Assembly: GCA_029974275.1 (NCBI GenBank)
Contig: JARKSN010000322.1
Location: 1 to 30,455 of the forward strand
Source: Candidatus Hydrogenedentota bacterium
GTDB lineage: Bacteria > Hydrogenedentota > Hydrogenedentia > Hydrogenedentales > SLHB01
DNA: 30,455 nt
Reading direction: 5' to 3'
Shown here in pieces: positions 7,425 through 16,991 of this stretch. A program made the translations under genes and the position numbers. Under the pieces are notes generated by a model, which was not told the origin of the DNA, made no database searches, and saw nothing but the letters and a program-made list of their open reading frames with translations. Within the stretch, counting starts at the first letter, position 1; every line of letters begins with the position of its first letter.

Positions 7425-10217
7425 ATGAGAAATTTCCTCGCTGCAACGCTGGCGTTTTTGCTGTGTGGCGCATCCATGGCTGCGCGGTCTTCCGAGATCG
7501 AGTGGCGCATCGAGAAGGGATGGTTGAGTGCCCTTGTCAACGGCGAATCACTGCTTGAGGCGGCTTCGGAGGCGTGTGCGGTTGAACTGATCGTCGATGG
7601 CGCTCCATGGATCCCGCCTGCGGGCTGCGCTTCCGAACGCCTGTCGGACGGCGCGTGGATAATGCGATACGAGACCCCAGACGGCATTTTGGAAGACTGT
7701 TATTCGCCATTTTCTGCTATGGGGCCGGATGCTTGGTTGCGTTCGCTGCGGTACACAAACCGATCGAACCGTCCTCAGGACGTCATGGAGGCGCGAATGA
7801 CGGTTGCGCCCGTGAGGGAACCTTCGGGGGACGTTTGGGAACCGCGCGATTTCTGGATGGGCGAAGTTGCCGGCGGGCGTGCCGTGTGCGTGGCGTATCG
7901 TGGGGGTGCGGACACGTATTGGCTGGAGAGGGATGCATCGGGGCGCCCCGTGAGCCGCGTGCTGTCATGTTGGCGTCTGCAGCCCGGCCAGCAGGCAGTG
8001 GTCGAAAGCCAGGGCATTTGGATTGGGAAGGCAGGGCGCGAAGAATTCCGCGAGGAGGCCCGGCGTTGGTACAAAGCCATTGGCATTCGGGTAACGCGCA
8101 AGGCCCCGTCATGGCTGGCCAAGGGAATTCTGTACGAATGCAGTGCAGGCGGCCACATCGATTCGCGGTTCAGCGACGTTGGCGGCTTCGATCATCTGGC
8201 GCGCCAGAGTCGATATCTGACCGACTTGGGCGTGACCATGATATGGTTGCAGGCGGTTCATGCGCATAAATCTCCGCCAAATCCCATGAAGGGGGGGTGG
8301 AACCTTTATGATCCCAATGATTGCCTGGAAATTGATCCCATTCTTGGCGGCCCGGAGGCGTTGCGGCGTTTGACCAACCAACTGCGCCAAGATGGATTGC
8401 GCATCATTGGCGAAGTGGTGCCGCATGGGGGGCAATCTGTTCAGACGAAGCCCTTTGAGGCGTGGTGGACGCGCGCGCGCGACGGATCGCTCGCCGCTCC
8501 GTACGGCGGTTACACGATGGATTACGCATCGCCGCCCTGGCAAAAGGTGATGGGCGATCAAGCGGGCAGACTTGTGCGCGACTTTGGCATGGCGGGCGTT
8601 CGCGTCGATGTCGCCGATGGCCATGGAAGCGGGCCCCACTGGGGGTCGCCAAGAACGAACCACGCATCCTATTCGACGCTGGCGGGTTCCGTTGAAATGC
8701 TTGCCGCGATTCGCGACGGCATGACGCCATGGATCAGAAGGCCGGTCATCATTCCGGAGAACTGGAATAATGTCGAACATTTCCCCCTATCGCCCGTCGG
8801 ATACGACCATAAACTTTGGATGTTGATGGGGCGTCATATTCCGGGGCTCATTGGATCCCCTGCCGAAATGACCAAGTGTTTGCGTGAGTTCTTCGAGCGC
8901 GAGCGCGGGTCATTGCCGGAAGGAGCGTTGCTGCTGCGCACGTTGGGCAACCATGACACCTACTGCGAGTCGGGGCGCGTCGATTACCGCTACGGCGCTG
9001 GATTGGCGCAGGCCCTGCACGGAGTATGCCTGATGGCGCCAGGCATTCCGATGCTCTATCAGGAACAAGAGGTCGGCGCCTTCGAAGCCTTGCGCGTGAT
9101 GAACTGGGCGCGTCGGCGCGTGCCGGAGTTTGTGAGCGGCAGGGTGGACTATCTGGCGGTGGATGTCGCTCCAGAGGTTTTCTCGTGTCTTCGGCGCGGC
9201 GCGCGCACGCATGCGTTGGGGCTTTCCAATTTGTCCGGAAAGACAATTCAGGAAAAAATTCATCTTCCTGCAGACCTTGCCTTATGCGATGAGATCGTCT
9301 ACGACGCTGTTTCGGGACGGCAGGCGTCTGTTGTGGATGGGTGTTTTGCATGGAGACTGGAACCGTATGCGACTGCGCTGATGCGGATCGGAGCCAAGCC
9401 GATCGGCGCGATTCCCACGGTCCGTTTTGCCGGCGAACAGCCCAGCGAAAACCTTCCTGTTGCGTCTTTCAGCGCCGAGGCGGATTCCTTGGGCATCATG
9501 GTCCGTGTGGGTAAAATCCGCGCGCAATTCACAGCCGGCCCCGGACCATGGGTTGCGGAAACGTCCAGAGAGGAAACGATCCTTTCGTCGCCGTATGGCG
9601 CGATTCGCATGCGGTGGAGAGAAGGCGCAGTTGTGATCGATATGAACCTGACGGAAGCGGCGGCAGATCGGACGCCCGAACTTGTTGTCAATAACGCGCG
9701 TCGTTGGCTGGTTTCCGGGCAGACGGCGTTGCTTGATGATCGCTTGTTGCGACGGCATTTCCCCTTTCCTCCCGAGAAGAATTACCGGTGGGACCGCACA
9801 ATGCGCTGGGGCGGATGGGCTCTCTATAACAACGTCGCCCCTACGGGACGACTGTGGCAGTCGATCCTGGAACCCTTGCATCCCGACAATCCGGCGCTTG
9901 CGTTTGGGGATGCTTCGGGGAATGGGCTGGTTGTTTCGGAAATCCGTACGCAAGCGCACAACATTGTGCTTACGGATCGCACCGATGAGGATCTCGCCGA
10001 TCCCTATGCGCTAGCGTTGCGTTTTTATGCGCAGGACCCGGATATCTCTGCGGAGAGCGACGAGATGAGGCTAGACGTCGCTGCTTCCGGCTCCACTTCT
10101 TCCGTGGAGCCGGGAGTCGTTTCGCTTCATGTAAAACTGATTCCCTGCGCCGAAGGCGATGCGGCCCGTCATCTCGCGGCAACACGTCTGCCCGTATCGC
10201 GTCGCGGCAGGCCGTAG
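7425..10217 (+). CDS. Secreted multidomain glycoside hydrolase with an alpha-amylase (GH13-like) catalytic barrel
   Basis: Signal peptide MRNFLAATLAFLLCGASMA; YLTDLGVTMIWL, IDPILGGPEAL, GVRVDVA (nucleophile D), IIPENW (acid/base E), GNHD, PGIPMLYQEQE. Confidence 0.8.
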   Translation: MRNFLAATLAFLLCGASMAARSSEIEWRIEKGWLSALVNGESLLEAASEACAVELIVDGAPWIPPAGCASERLSDGAWIMRYETPDGILEDCYSPFSAMGPDAWLRSLRYTNRSNRPQDVMEARMTVAPVREPSGDVWEPRDFWMGEVAGGRAVCVAYRGGADTYWLERDASGRPVSRVLSCWRLQPGQQAVVESQGIWIGKAGREEFREEARRWYKAIGIRVTRKAPSWLAKGILYECSAGGHIDSRFSDVGGFDHLARQSRYLTDLGVTMIWLQAVHAHKSPPNPMKGGWNLYDPNDCLEIDPILGGPEALRRLTNQLRQDGLRIIGEVVPHGGQSVQTKPFEAWWTRARDGSLAAPYGGYTMDYASPPWQKVMGDQAGRLVRDFGMAGVRVDVADGHGSGPHWGSPRTNHASYSTLAGSVEMLAAIRDGMTPWIRRPVIIPENWNNVEHFPLSPVGYDHKLWMLMGRHIPGLIGSPAEMTKCLREFFERERGSLPEGALLLRTLGNHDTYCESGRVDYRYGAGLAQALHGVCLMAPGIPMLYQEQEVGAFEALRVMNWARRRVPEFVSGRVDYLAVDVAPEVFSCLRRGARTHALGLSNLSGKTIQEKIHLPADLALCDEIVYDAVSGRQASVVDGCFAWRLEPYATALMRIGAKPIGAIPTVRFAGEQPSENLPVASFSAEADSLGIMVRVGKIRAQFTAGPGPWVAETSREETILSSPYGAIRMRWREGAVVIDMNLTEAAADRTPELVVNNARRWLVSGQTALLDDRLLRRHFPFPPEKNYRWDRTMRWGGWALYNNVAPTGRLWQSILEPLHPDNPALAFGDASGNGLVVSEIRTQAHNIVLTDRTDEDLADPYALALRFYAQDPDISAESDEMRLDVAASGSTSSVEPGVVSLHVKLIPCAEGDAARHLAATRLPVSRRGRP

Positions 10218-10244
10218 CCGACGGGGCCGCGGCTTCTGATTAAG

Positions 10245-10273
10245 TTGTCATGACTGCGGGTTTATGCGATAAT
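10245..10273 (+). promoter_or_regulatory. Putative sigma70 promoter with extended -10 for the rhodanese gene
   Basis: TTGTCA-17 nt-GATAAT with TGn directly before the -10. Confidence 0.5.
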
Positions 10274-10322
10274 CCCGATCTTTGTGTTGGGTGATGTTTT
10301 GCAGGTAAAGAGGATGGTTCCG

Positions 10323-11213
10323 ATGAAGATCATGGCGCTGTGTTTGGTTGTTGCTGCAGGAATTTCCGGTCAGAAATTGCTCGTCTATCCTGGCGATTTG
10401 GCCTCGATGGAGAATGTTTTGTTTGTGGATGTTCGCCCCAAGGAGTTGTTCACGAAGGGGCACATCAAGGGGGCTGCGCATCTTGACGGAACGACGCTTG
10501 CCACAGGAGCCGGTCCATACGCCGGTCCCATGAAGCCTGCGGATGCGTTACGCGCTTCCGTGGCGGCGGCTGGGTTGGATCCAACTCGGCGGATTGTCAT
10601 CTATGGATCGGCGGCACGTCCCGAGGATGTGCGCACGGCGACGAGCCTGTTTTGGGCGCTCGAATATCTTGGCTACGATGACGTCTCTCTTCTTGATGGC
10701 GGATACGAGGGCTGGGTTCAGGGCAGTCAAGAGATCGAGACGGGCGAGTCGCGTGTGGAACCGGTGCAGGCTCCTGCGCTTGCGATGCGCCGAGAAGCCT
10801 TGGCAACGGTCAAGGACGTGCATGATCGCATGGCGGATCAGATCGGTTCTCCGGTTGATTTCCGCCCTACCGCGATGTATGCGGGCGTTTCCAACGATCC
10901 GGCTTCCAGCCGCCTGGGGCATATTCCGCGCGCCAAGAATGTCCCCGAGGAGGAACTGTTTGTTTCCGGGGCCCTGAGCGCGTTCAAGCCGGTGTATCAG
11001 TTGGAAAGCGTTTTGACGGATCGGGGCGTTGAAACCAATACGCCGACCATTGCCTACAGCAACTCCGGTCCGGCGGGCAGCATAGGATATTTTGTGCTGC
11101 GTCTGACAGGGCGCGCGCAGGTGAGTCTGTACGATGCCTCGATGGCCGAATGGGGCAATGACAGTCAGCTTCCCCTGGAGATGCCGGTTCAGCCGCCCGC
11201 GTCCACGGAATGA
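10323..11213 (+). CDS. Tandem-domain rhodanese/sulfurtransferase-like protein, probably exported; catalytic Cys replaced by Ser
   Basis: DVR...GHIKGA, RIVIY, LLDGGYEGW, DFR...GHIPRA, LYDASMAEW (SseA/TST signature). N-terminus MKIMALCLVVAAG is signal-like. SD AAAGAGG precedes ATG 10323. Confidence 0.85.
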   Translation: MKIMALCLVVAAGISGQKLLVYPGDLASMENVLFVDVRPKELFTKGHIKGAAHLDGTTLATGAGPYAGPMKPADALRASVAAAGLDPTRRIVIYGSAARPEDVRTATSLFWALEYLGYDDVSLLDGGYEGWVQGSQEIETGESRVEPVQAPALAMRREALATVKDVHDRMADQIGSPVDFRPTAMYAGVSNDPASSRLGHIPRAKNVPEEELFVSGALSAFKPVYQLESVLTDRGVETNTPTIAYSNSGPAGSIGYFVLRLTGRAQVSLYDASMAEWGNDSQLPLEMPVQPPASTE

Positions 11214-12970
11214 CGGGGCGGTTCCGCGCCGGGAAACAGAATGACGTAGGAGCCGATTTCTTGGCGATTGGGGGCGTGCAAGGGACCTGGCAACGGGAAC
11301 AGTCCGGCGCGATCGATGATGACGGCATCGTACGGAAACATCGCTTCGTTCGGTTCGCTCAGGCGAGTCACGGCGCGGCCCGCAAGGAAATTCATCGCTC
11401 CTTCCAGCGGCCAGACGGTCGTGCCGATATGCGTTTTCTCCGGCATGGAAGCCAGAATCCGCGCCAATTCGCGATCCTCACGCATTTCGTCCCGAGCAAA
11501 GACGCGCACCCCTTGTTCCTGGAGTCGTCCAGCGGCAGGGATCGCAATGATTGCGATCAAGAACAGAAATCCCGCTATCCGAATCGGATTCCCACGCGAA
11601 GTGCGCATTCCATCAAGGGTGGCAAGCGCCAACTGCCCCGAAAAGAGCCCTAGAATGGCGCACGTGTACCACATGTAGCGCGGGATATTGCCGGGCGTGA
11701 AAAACACCCACCAGAATGCCAGGAAGGGCGCGAGCAGGAGAAGGACCAATGTGGGAGGATCATGTCGGCGCACCAGCGCCGCATGCATTCCCCATCCGAA
11801 AGAAGCCATCATCACGAGAAGCGTCGCCGGTTGCCGGAGCAGCCAGCCCGCCGTTTGAGGCAGCGACGATAGGCCAAAGAGAAGATTGTGCTGGTACATT
11901 GCCGCAATCCCCATCGCCGCGCCGGCTGCCTGCCCTCTTCCCCACTCCTGCACCGCGAACCATGTCAGCAACACCGCCAAGGTCGCGATCGCCGCAGGGG
12001 CAAGATGATCCCAACGGATGCGCCGCGCCGTAACCCGGTCGATTAGCCACGCGCCCAGCAGCGCCCACGCCCCCACAATCAGGAAATACTTGCATAGCAA
12101 CGCACAGCCAAACGCAAGGCCGCTCAACAAGCCGTAGCGCCACGGCCTTCCGCTCGTAAGCGCCGCCCGCCAACAAAGCAGGGCCAACGCCACAAAAAAC
12201 AGCGCCGGAACTTCGCCGTATAGCGTTCGGCCAAGATATGTCGATCCGAACGAGAAAGTCATCAAAAGCAGACCGAGGGCGGCGGCGCGATCGCCAAGCA
12301 CAGGCCGGATCAGAGCGAAAAGGGCGATGCACAAGGCCAGGAAATACGTGGCCATGATCGCCCGCGCTCCCGCAAGGCTCGAACCGGCCAATCGAAAAAT
12401 CGCGGCAATGGGCAGGATGACCGGCGGGCCGACCGAGTCGTAGTCATCGAATTTTTCAAAGCCCAACGCGGGATGTCCTGTGGCGTATAGACCATATGCG
12501 GCGAGATTGCGCGCCACAATGAGATGATGGATCTCATCCGGCTCCGCATGGGGATAGGCGTGCATGCGAGGCAAGACCATCAACGCGGCGATCGCGAGGG
12601 CAGGCAGCCACCATCGCCAACAGGAGACGAGGGAACGTTTCGCGTCTTCCGTGGAATCTCCGGATGGATCGGGGGCTGGGATGCGCGCCGTCTTCAGATT
12701 CCGTGCAAAGCGCCACAGCGAAACGAGGGCGATGACCGCGAATCCTGCAGATTTTGCCAGAAGGCGGTAATAGGGGCGCCCTCCCTCTTCCGACAACACA
12801 GGGGCGGACGCTAGAAGTAGAAAGCATCCCGCACACACCGTGAAGGCGGCGCACAGAAACGCGAGCAGCCATGCCGTTCCTCTTGCTATTTTCATAGCAT
12901 GCGGCGCGCGCGCGATCCGCGGCATGGGGGGCGGCGCGTCGGATTGCGTCGAACGGCGGGCAGTTGCCAT
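11189..12970 (-). CDS. GT-C fold membrane glycosyltransferase (ArnT/PMT_2-like)
   Basis: Multiple TM segments, DE motif in the first loop (EPDEIHHL), GPP, GEVP, LLCKY, PRY. Overlaps the convergent rhodanese gene by 25 nt. Confidence 0.8.
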   Translation of the reverse strand: MATARRSTQSDAPPPMPRIARAPHAMKIARGTAWLLAFLCAAFTVCAGCFLLLASAPVLSEEGGRPYYRLLAKSAGFAVIALVSLWRFARNLKTARIPAPDPSGDSTEDAKRSLVSCWRWWLPALAIAALMVLPRMHAYPHAEPDEIHHLIVARNLAAYGLYATGHPALGFEKFDDYDSVGPPVILPIAAIFRLAGSSLAGARAIMATYFLALCIALFALIRPVLGDRAAALGLLLMTFSFGSTYLGRTLYGEVPALFFVALALLCWRAALTSGRPWRYGLLSGLAFGCALLCKYFLIVGAWALLGAWLIDRVTARRIRWDHLAPAAIATLAVLLTWFAVQEWGRGQAAGAAMGIAAMYQHNLLFGLSSLPQTAGWLLRQPATLLVMMASFGWGMHAALVRRHDPPTLVLLLLAPFLAFWWVFFTPGNIPRYMWYTCAILGLFSGQLALATLDGMRTSRGNPIRIAGFLFLIAIIAIPAAGRLQEQGVRVFARDEMREDRELARILASMPEKTHIGTTVWPLEGAMNFLAGRAVTRLSEPNEAMFPYDAVIIDRAGLFPLPGPLHAPNRQEIGSYVILFPGAEPPRHSVDAGG

Positions 12971-13044
12971 GTATTTCCCCTGTGACGGCCTTCATGAGAT
13001 GGAAACGATCACGCGTTCTGCGCCAGCCCACGGAGTGGTCGATG

Positions 13045-14547
13045 TCAGCCCTTCGAATCCGTCTGGCGAATGGCATGAATGCTGTGCTGGCGGCCGTAGA
13101 AATAATAAATGCCCAGGCCAACCAGCAACCACAATAGGAGACGCCACCAGTTTCCAGGAGGCAGCGACAACATCAGGATGAAGCAAAACAACACGCCGAG
13201 AATAGGCGTTAGCGGAACAAAGGGGCAGCGAAATGGCCGTTGCGCATGGGGATGAATGCGGCGCATAACGAGCACGGCCAAACACACGATGACGAACGCC
13301 AGCAACGTGCCGATGTTGACGAGTTCCAACAGGAAACGAAGCGGCAGCAGCGCGGAGATCGTGCCGACGCATATTCCCGTGAGAATGGTCGATTTCCACG
13401 GCGTGCGGAATTTTGGGTGAATCGCCGCAAAAAAACTCCTGGGCAACAAGCCGTCGCGCGCCATGGCCAACAGAACGCGCGGCTGACTCAACATGAGCAC
13501 CATCTGCACGGAGGTGATTCCCGCAAGAGCTCCGATCGACACCAGGAAATGAGCCCACGGGAGCCCCGCGTTTTTGAACGCGGCAGCCACCGGCGCGTCA
13601 ACGTCGATCTGCGAGGACGGGGTCATGCCGGTCACGACCGAGGCGACGGCGATATAGAGGAACGTGCAGATCAGCAGCGACGCGATAATGCCGATGGGGA
13701 CGTCGCGCTGTGGATTGCGGGCTTCCTCGGCCTGGGTGGAGACGGAGTCGAACCCGATGTACGCGAAAAACATGAGGCCCGCCCCTGCCAACATTCCGAT
13801 GGGATGCCCGCCGGGTCCGGTCTGGCCCCACACGAATTTTTCGCCGAAAAAGCTCAGACCTTTCCATCCATATGGCGCGAAGGGCGTCCAATTCGCGGGA
13901 TTGATGTAGAACGCGCCCACCACGATCACGAACGCAATCACCGCAAGCTTGATAAGAACGATGACGCCGTTGAACCGGGCGCTCTCGCGAATGCCCAGCA
14001 CGAGAATCAGAGTCAAGACCCCGGAGATTGCGAATGCCGGCAGATCGATCCATGTTCCCGTCGCCGTCAGATGCCCGGTCGCCGCATCGATGTCAAACGG
14101 TGCGCGGGACAGCGCGTGCGGCACGGAAAGGTCGAATATGCCGATAAAGCTCTGGAAATAATGGGACCATCCATGGGAGACCGAAGCCGCCGCGACCGTA
14201 TACTCCAAGACGAGGTCCCAGCCGATGATCCAGGCGAACAATTCGCCAAGGGTGACCGAAGCGTATGTGTAGGCCGATCCGGCGACGGGGGCCATCGAAG
14301 CGAACTCCGCATAACACAAGGCCGCAAAAATGCACGCGACGCCGGAAACCATGAGGGAGACAATAATCGATGGGCCGGTGATGTCGTGGGCGACCGTGCC
14401 AATGACAACAAAGATGCCCGCGCCGATGATCGTGCCGATGCCGAGCGCTGTCAGCGAAACAGGCCCCAAAACCCGGCGCAACCGGTGTTCCCCCGCCATT
14501 TCTGCGAGTAGGTCATCAAGAGATTTTTTTTTGAAAAACCGTTTCAT
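13045..14547 (-). CDS. APC-family amino acid permease (CAT-like)
   Basis: LRRVLG, GTIIGAGIFV, LCYAEFAS, AGSAYTY, FFAYIGFDSVST, EEARNPQRDVP, MARDGLLP, IGTLLAF. Confidence 0.95.
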   Translation of the reverse strand: MKRFFKKKSLDDLLAEMAGEHRLRRVLGPVSLTALGIGTIIGAGIFVVIGTVAHDITGPSIIVSLMVSGVACIFAALCYAEFASMAPVAGSAYTYASVTLGELFAWIIGWDLVLEYTVAAASVSHGWSHYFQSFIGIFDLSVPHALSRAPFDIDAATGHLTATGTWIDLPAFAISGVLTLILVLGIRESARFNGVIVLIKLAVIAFVIVVGAFYINPANWTPFAPYGWKGLSFFGEKFVWGQTGPGGHPIGMLAGAGLMFFAYIGFDSVSTQAEEARNPQRDVPIGIIASLLICTFLYIAVASVVTGMTPSSQIDVDAPVAAAFKNAGLPWAHFLVSIGALAGITSVQMVLMLSQPRVLLAMARDGLLPRSFFAAIHPKFRTPWKSTILTGICVGTISALLPLRFLLELVNIGTLLAFVIVCLAVLVMRRIHPHAQRPFRCPFVPLTPILGVLFCFILMLSLPPGNWWRLLLWLLVGLGIYYFYGRQHSIHAIRQTDSKG

Positions 14548-14702
14548 ATTTCCCCCCGCATCCTTTCGGGCGCCCTTGCTTCCAATGGCACAAAACTACT
14601 AGTTTCCGATCGGGGGGGATGTCAATGTGCTTACGTTCCAAGGCAAGGCGACGCGACGCATGGGGAGCGGAAGACTGTTGTCTCGCATCAAGGCGCGAGA
14701 GG

Positions 14703-15461
14703 CTATGGCAGTCGCCCCAGCAAGCGCAATAGGCCGTCAAGGATGGTCGCGGGATGCGGCGGGCAGCCGGGGATGTAGAGATCGATGGGGAGGGCGGAAG
14801 TCGCGCCGTCGTGGCATTCGGCATGGTCACGGTAGGGGCCGCCGCTGATGGCGCAGGCTCCGACGGCGATGACGAACTTGGGCGCGGGCGTGGCGTCGTA
14901 GGTCTTCGTGAGGGCGAGGGCCATGTTTTGCGTCACGGGGCCGGTCACAACGATGCCGTCGGCGTGACGGGGCGATGCTACGAACTGAATGCCGAAACGT
15001 CCGAGGTCGTATACGACGGTGCTGAGCACGTTGAGGTCGGCCTCGCAGGCGTTGCAGCCGCCCGCGCTGACCTGGCGCAATTTGAGCGACCGGTCAAAGA
15101 CGCTACGGCTCTTCGCGTCGAGCGCTTCGGCCAAAGCATAGGTCTGGGCATCGGTCACGTGCAGGGCTTTCCTCTCTCGCGCGGCCATGCGATGGTTCGA
15201 TGTGAAATGGATCGCCCCGGTTGCGCAGATTTCTTCGCACAGCCCGCAGAATAGGCAACGGCCCAAATCCAACGAAGGTCGCTTGTCCAAGAGTATCGCA
15301 CCCGTTGGGCAGGCTTCGGCGCATGCGCGGCACTCTTCGAGACACGTCCCGGCCTGCATTTCGGGGCGTCCGCGAAAGCGGTCCGGCAACGCCGGCGGCT
15401 CTTTCGGAAAGGCAGCAGTCCGGTGCTTCTGACGTATTCGTTCGAGCAACGTTGCGATCAT
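14703..15461 (-). CDS. Ehr-type small subunit: 2x[4Fe-4S] ferredoxin (NuoI/HyfH-like) fused to a NuoB/HyfI-like domain
   Basis: RFRG, CLEECRACAEACP and CLFCGLCEEIC, followed by GGCNACE, SPRHAD, VGACAISGG, IPGCPP. Confidence 0.92.
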   Translation of the reverse strand: MIATLLERIRQKHRTAAFPKEPPALPDRFRGRPEMQAGTCLEECRACAEACPTGAILLDKRPSLDLGRCLFCGLCEEICATGAIHFTSNHRMAARERKALHVTDAQTYALAEALDAKSRSVFDRSLKLRQVSAGGCNACEADLNVLSTVVYDLGRFGIQFVASPRHADGIVVTGPVTQNMALALTKTYDATPAPKFVIAVGACAISGGPYRDHAECHDGATSALPIDLYIPGCPPHPATILDGLLRLLGRLP

Positions 15462-15470
15462 GGCGCGCCT

Positions 15471-16991
15471 CTACAAATCATGTCCACAGTAGGACAAGTT
15501 GAAACTCTTATTGCACAGCGGGAAGTCGGATATCTGCTGCCCGCGCAGCGACATCGCGAGGCCCATCCAATTGTGGAAGGACGGGTCAACGACCTTGTAT
15601 GCCGCGAAACGGCCTTTCGCATTGGTGACGGCGACGTGGCACACTTCACCGCGCCAACCTTCGACCAACGACGCCGCGATGTGTTCCGATGCAATGGCGC
15701 GCGCGTCTGTCCGTGTTGGGCCGTCTGGCAAGGCGTTGATGTGTTCGCGGATGTACGCGACGGATCGCTGGATTTCGAGCCAGCGCACCAACGCGCGCGC
15801 GAGCACGTCGCCGGTGTCCCACGACGAAGCCGGCACCTGCGCGAAGCGGTAGATGCCCGATGGGAAATCGGTGCGCGTGTCGCGGTCGCTTCCAGAGGCG
15901 CGCGCCGACGGACCGACGAGGCCAAGTGTTGTGCAATCGCGCAAGGAAACCGTTCCGACGCCCTCAAATCGCGCCATCACGGATGGAGCCTCGAATAACA
16001 GATCCGCCGCGCCGGTCACGTCGCGAAACGTTGCATCCAGTCGCGTCGCCAATTCCTCGCATCGCGCGTCGTCGAGGTCCCACGCCACGCCGCCGGGTCG
16101 CACCAAGCCGCGCCCAAAACGGTTGCCGCAGATCAAGGCGGTCATGTTCAGAAAATCGCCGCGCAGACGCCCACAGAACGACATTGTCGGCAGATAGCCC
16201 ACGTCGCCCGCCAATGCGCCGAGGTCGCCGGCGTGATTGGCCAAGCGTTCAAGTTCTAGCGCGATGCCGCGAATCGCCGAGGCGCGCGCGGATGCGGTCG
16301 CGCCGCTCAGCGCTTCGATGATTTCGCAATAGGCCGTGCCATGTCCGATGGACGTGTCGCCCGCGAGAGTTTCCATGTAGTGCGCGGCGCGCGCATGCGG
16401 CCCGCCCAGCATCGCACGCTCAACGCCGCGATGCTGATATCCCAACGCGATCTCGAGATGCAACACGTCTTCGCCGTGGCATTGAAAACGAAAATGGCCG
16501 GGTTCAATGATCCCGGCATGCACGGGACCGACGGCCACTTCATGCGCCTCTTCGCCCTCGACGCGGTAGTAGTCCGTCACGCACGGCGCAATCGGCGCCT
16601 TGTCGTCGCGCGCCCATGCATCATGGCCCGCGCGATAGGAATGATGGTAGCGAATGGGCTTCAGCCAAGGATGTCCTTCTGGACGGATGCCCCACTGCTC
16701 GGCGATTTCGCGCTCGAACCAATGTGCCTGCGGGCAGTCCGGCGTCAATGCGGGATAGGCCTCGCCCGGCTCCGTCGCGAGGACCTCCAACACGCCTTCT
16801 TGACTGCGCGCAAGGACTGCGACGAGTCGGACGGATCCATTATCGTTCTCGTATCCGAAAAACGATGCGATCCGCGCTTCTTCCGCGACGGAGTTAATGA
16901 TGGCCGTGCGAAACAGGTCGGTCGAGAGGACCGGCAGGTCGCGCAACGGAACCGCATCGCCGTTGGCAAGCAGCATGGGGGCGAACATCAC
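15471..16991 (-). CDS. Ehr-type large subunit (NuoC+NuoD / HycE-like) lacking [NiFe]-binding CxxC motifs
   Basis: WFEREIAEQWG..PEGHP (NuoC-like), VGPVHAGIIEPGHFRF, GYQHRGVE, LELERLANH, VEGWRGE, DPSFHNW. The L1 site reads ETLAGDTSIGH and the C-terminus reads FPLCNKSFNLSYCGHDL. Confidence 0.92.
   Translation of the reverse strand: MMFAPMLLANGDAVPLRDLPVLSTDLFRTAIINSVAEEARIASFFGYENDNGSVRLVAVLARSQEGVLEVLATEPGEAYPALTPDCPQAHWFEREIAEQWGIRPEGHPWLKPIRYHHSYRAGHDAWARDDKAPIAPCVTDYYRVEGEEAHEVAVGPVHAGIIEPGHFRFQCHGEDVLHLEIALGYQHRGVERAMLGGPHARAAHYMETLAGDTSIGHGTAYCEIIEALSGATASARASAIRGIALELERLANHAGDLGALAGDVGYLPTMSFCGRLRGDFLNMTALICGNRFGRGLVRPGGVAWDLDDARCEELATRLDATFRDVTGAADLLFEAPSVMARFEGVGTVSLRDCTTLGLVGPSARASGSDRDTRTDFPSGIYRFAQVPASSWDTGDVLARALVRWLEIQRSVAYIREHINALPDGPTRTDARAIASEHIAASLVEGWRGEVCHVAVTNAKGRFAAYKVVDPSFHNWMGLAMSLRGQQISDFPLCNKSFNLSYCGHDL

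Noticed and set aside
13240..14511. 423-aa plus-strand ORF
   Set aside because: Antisense to the APC permease; Arg/His-rich with no recognisable motifs.
14596..14625. Promoter for the APC permease (TTGACA at 14625-14620)
   Set aside because: Perfect -35, but the correctly spaced -10 (TAGTAG) lacks the conserved final T; not listed as a feature.
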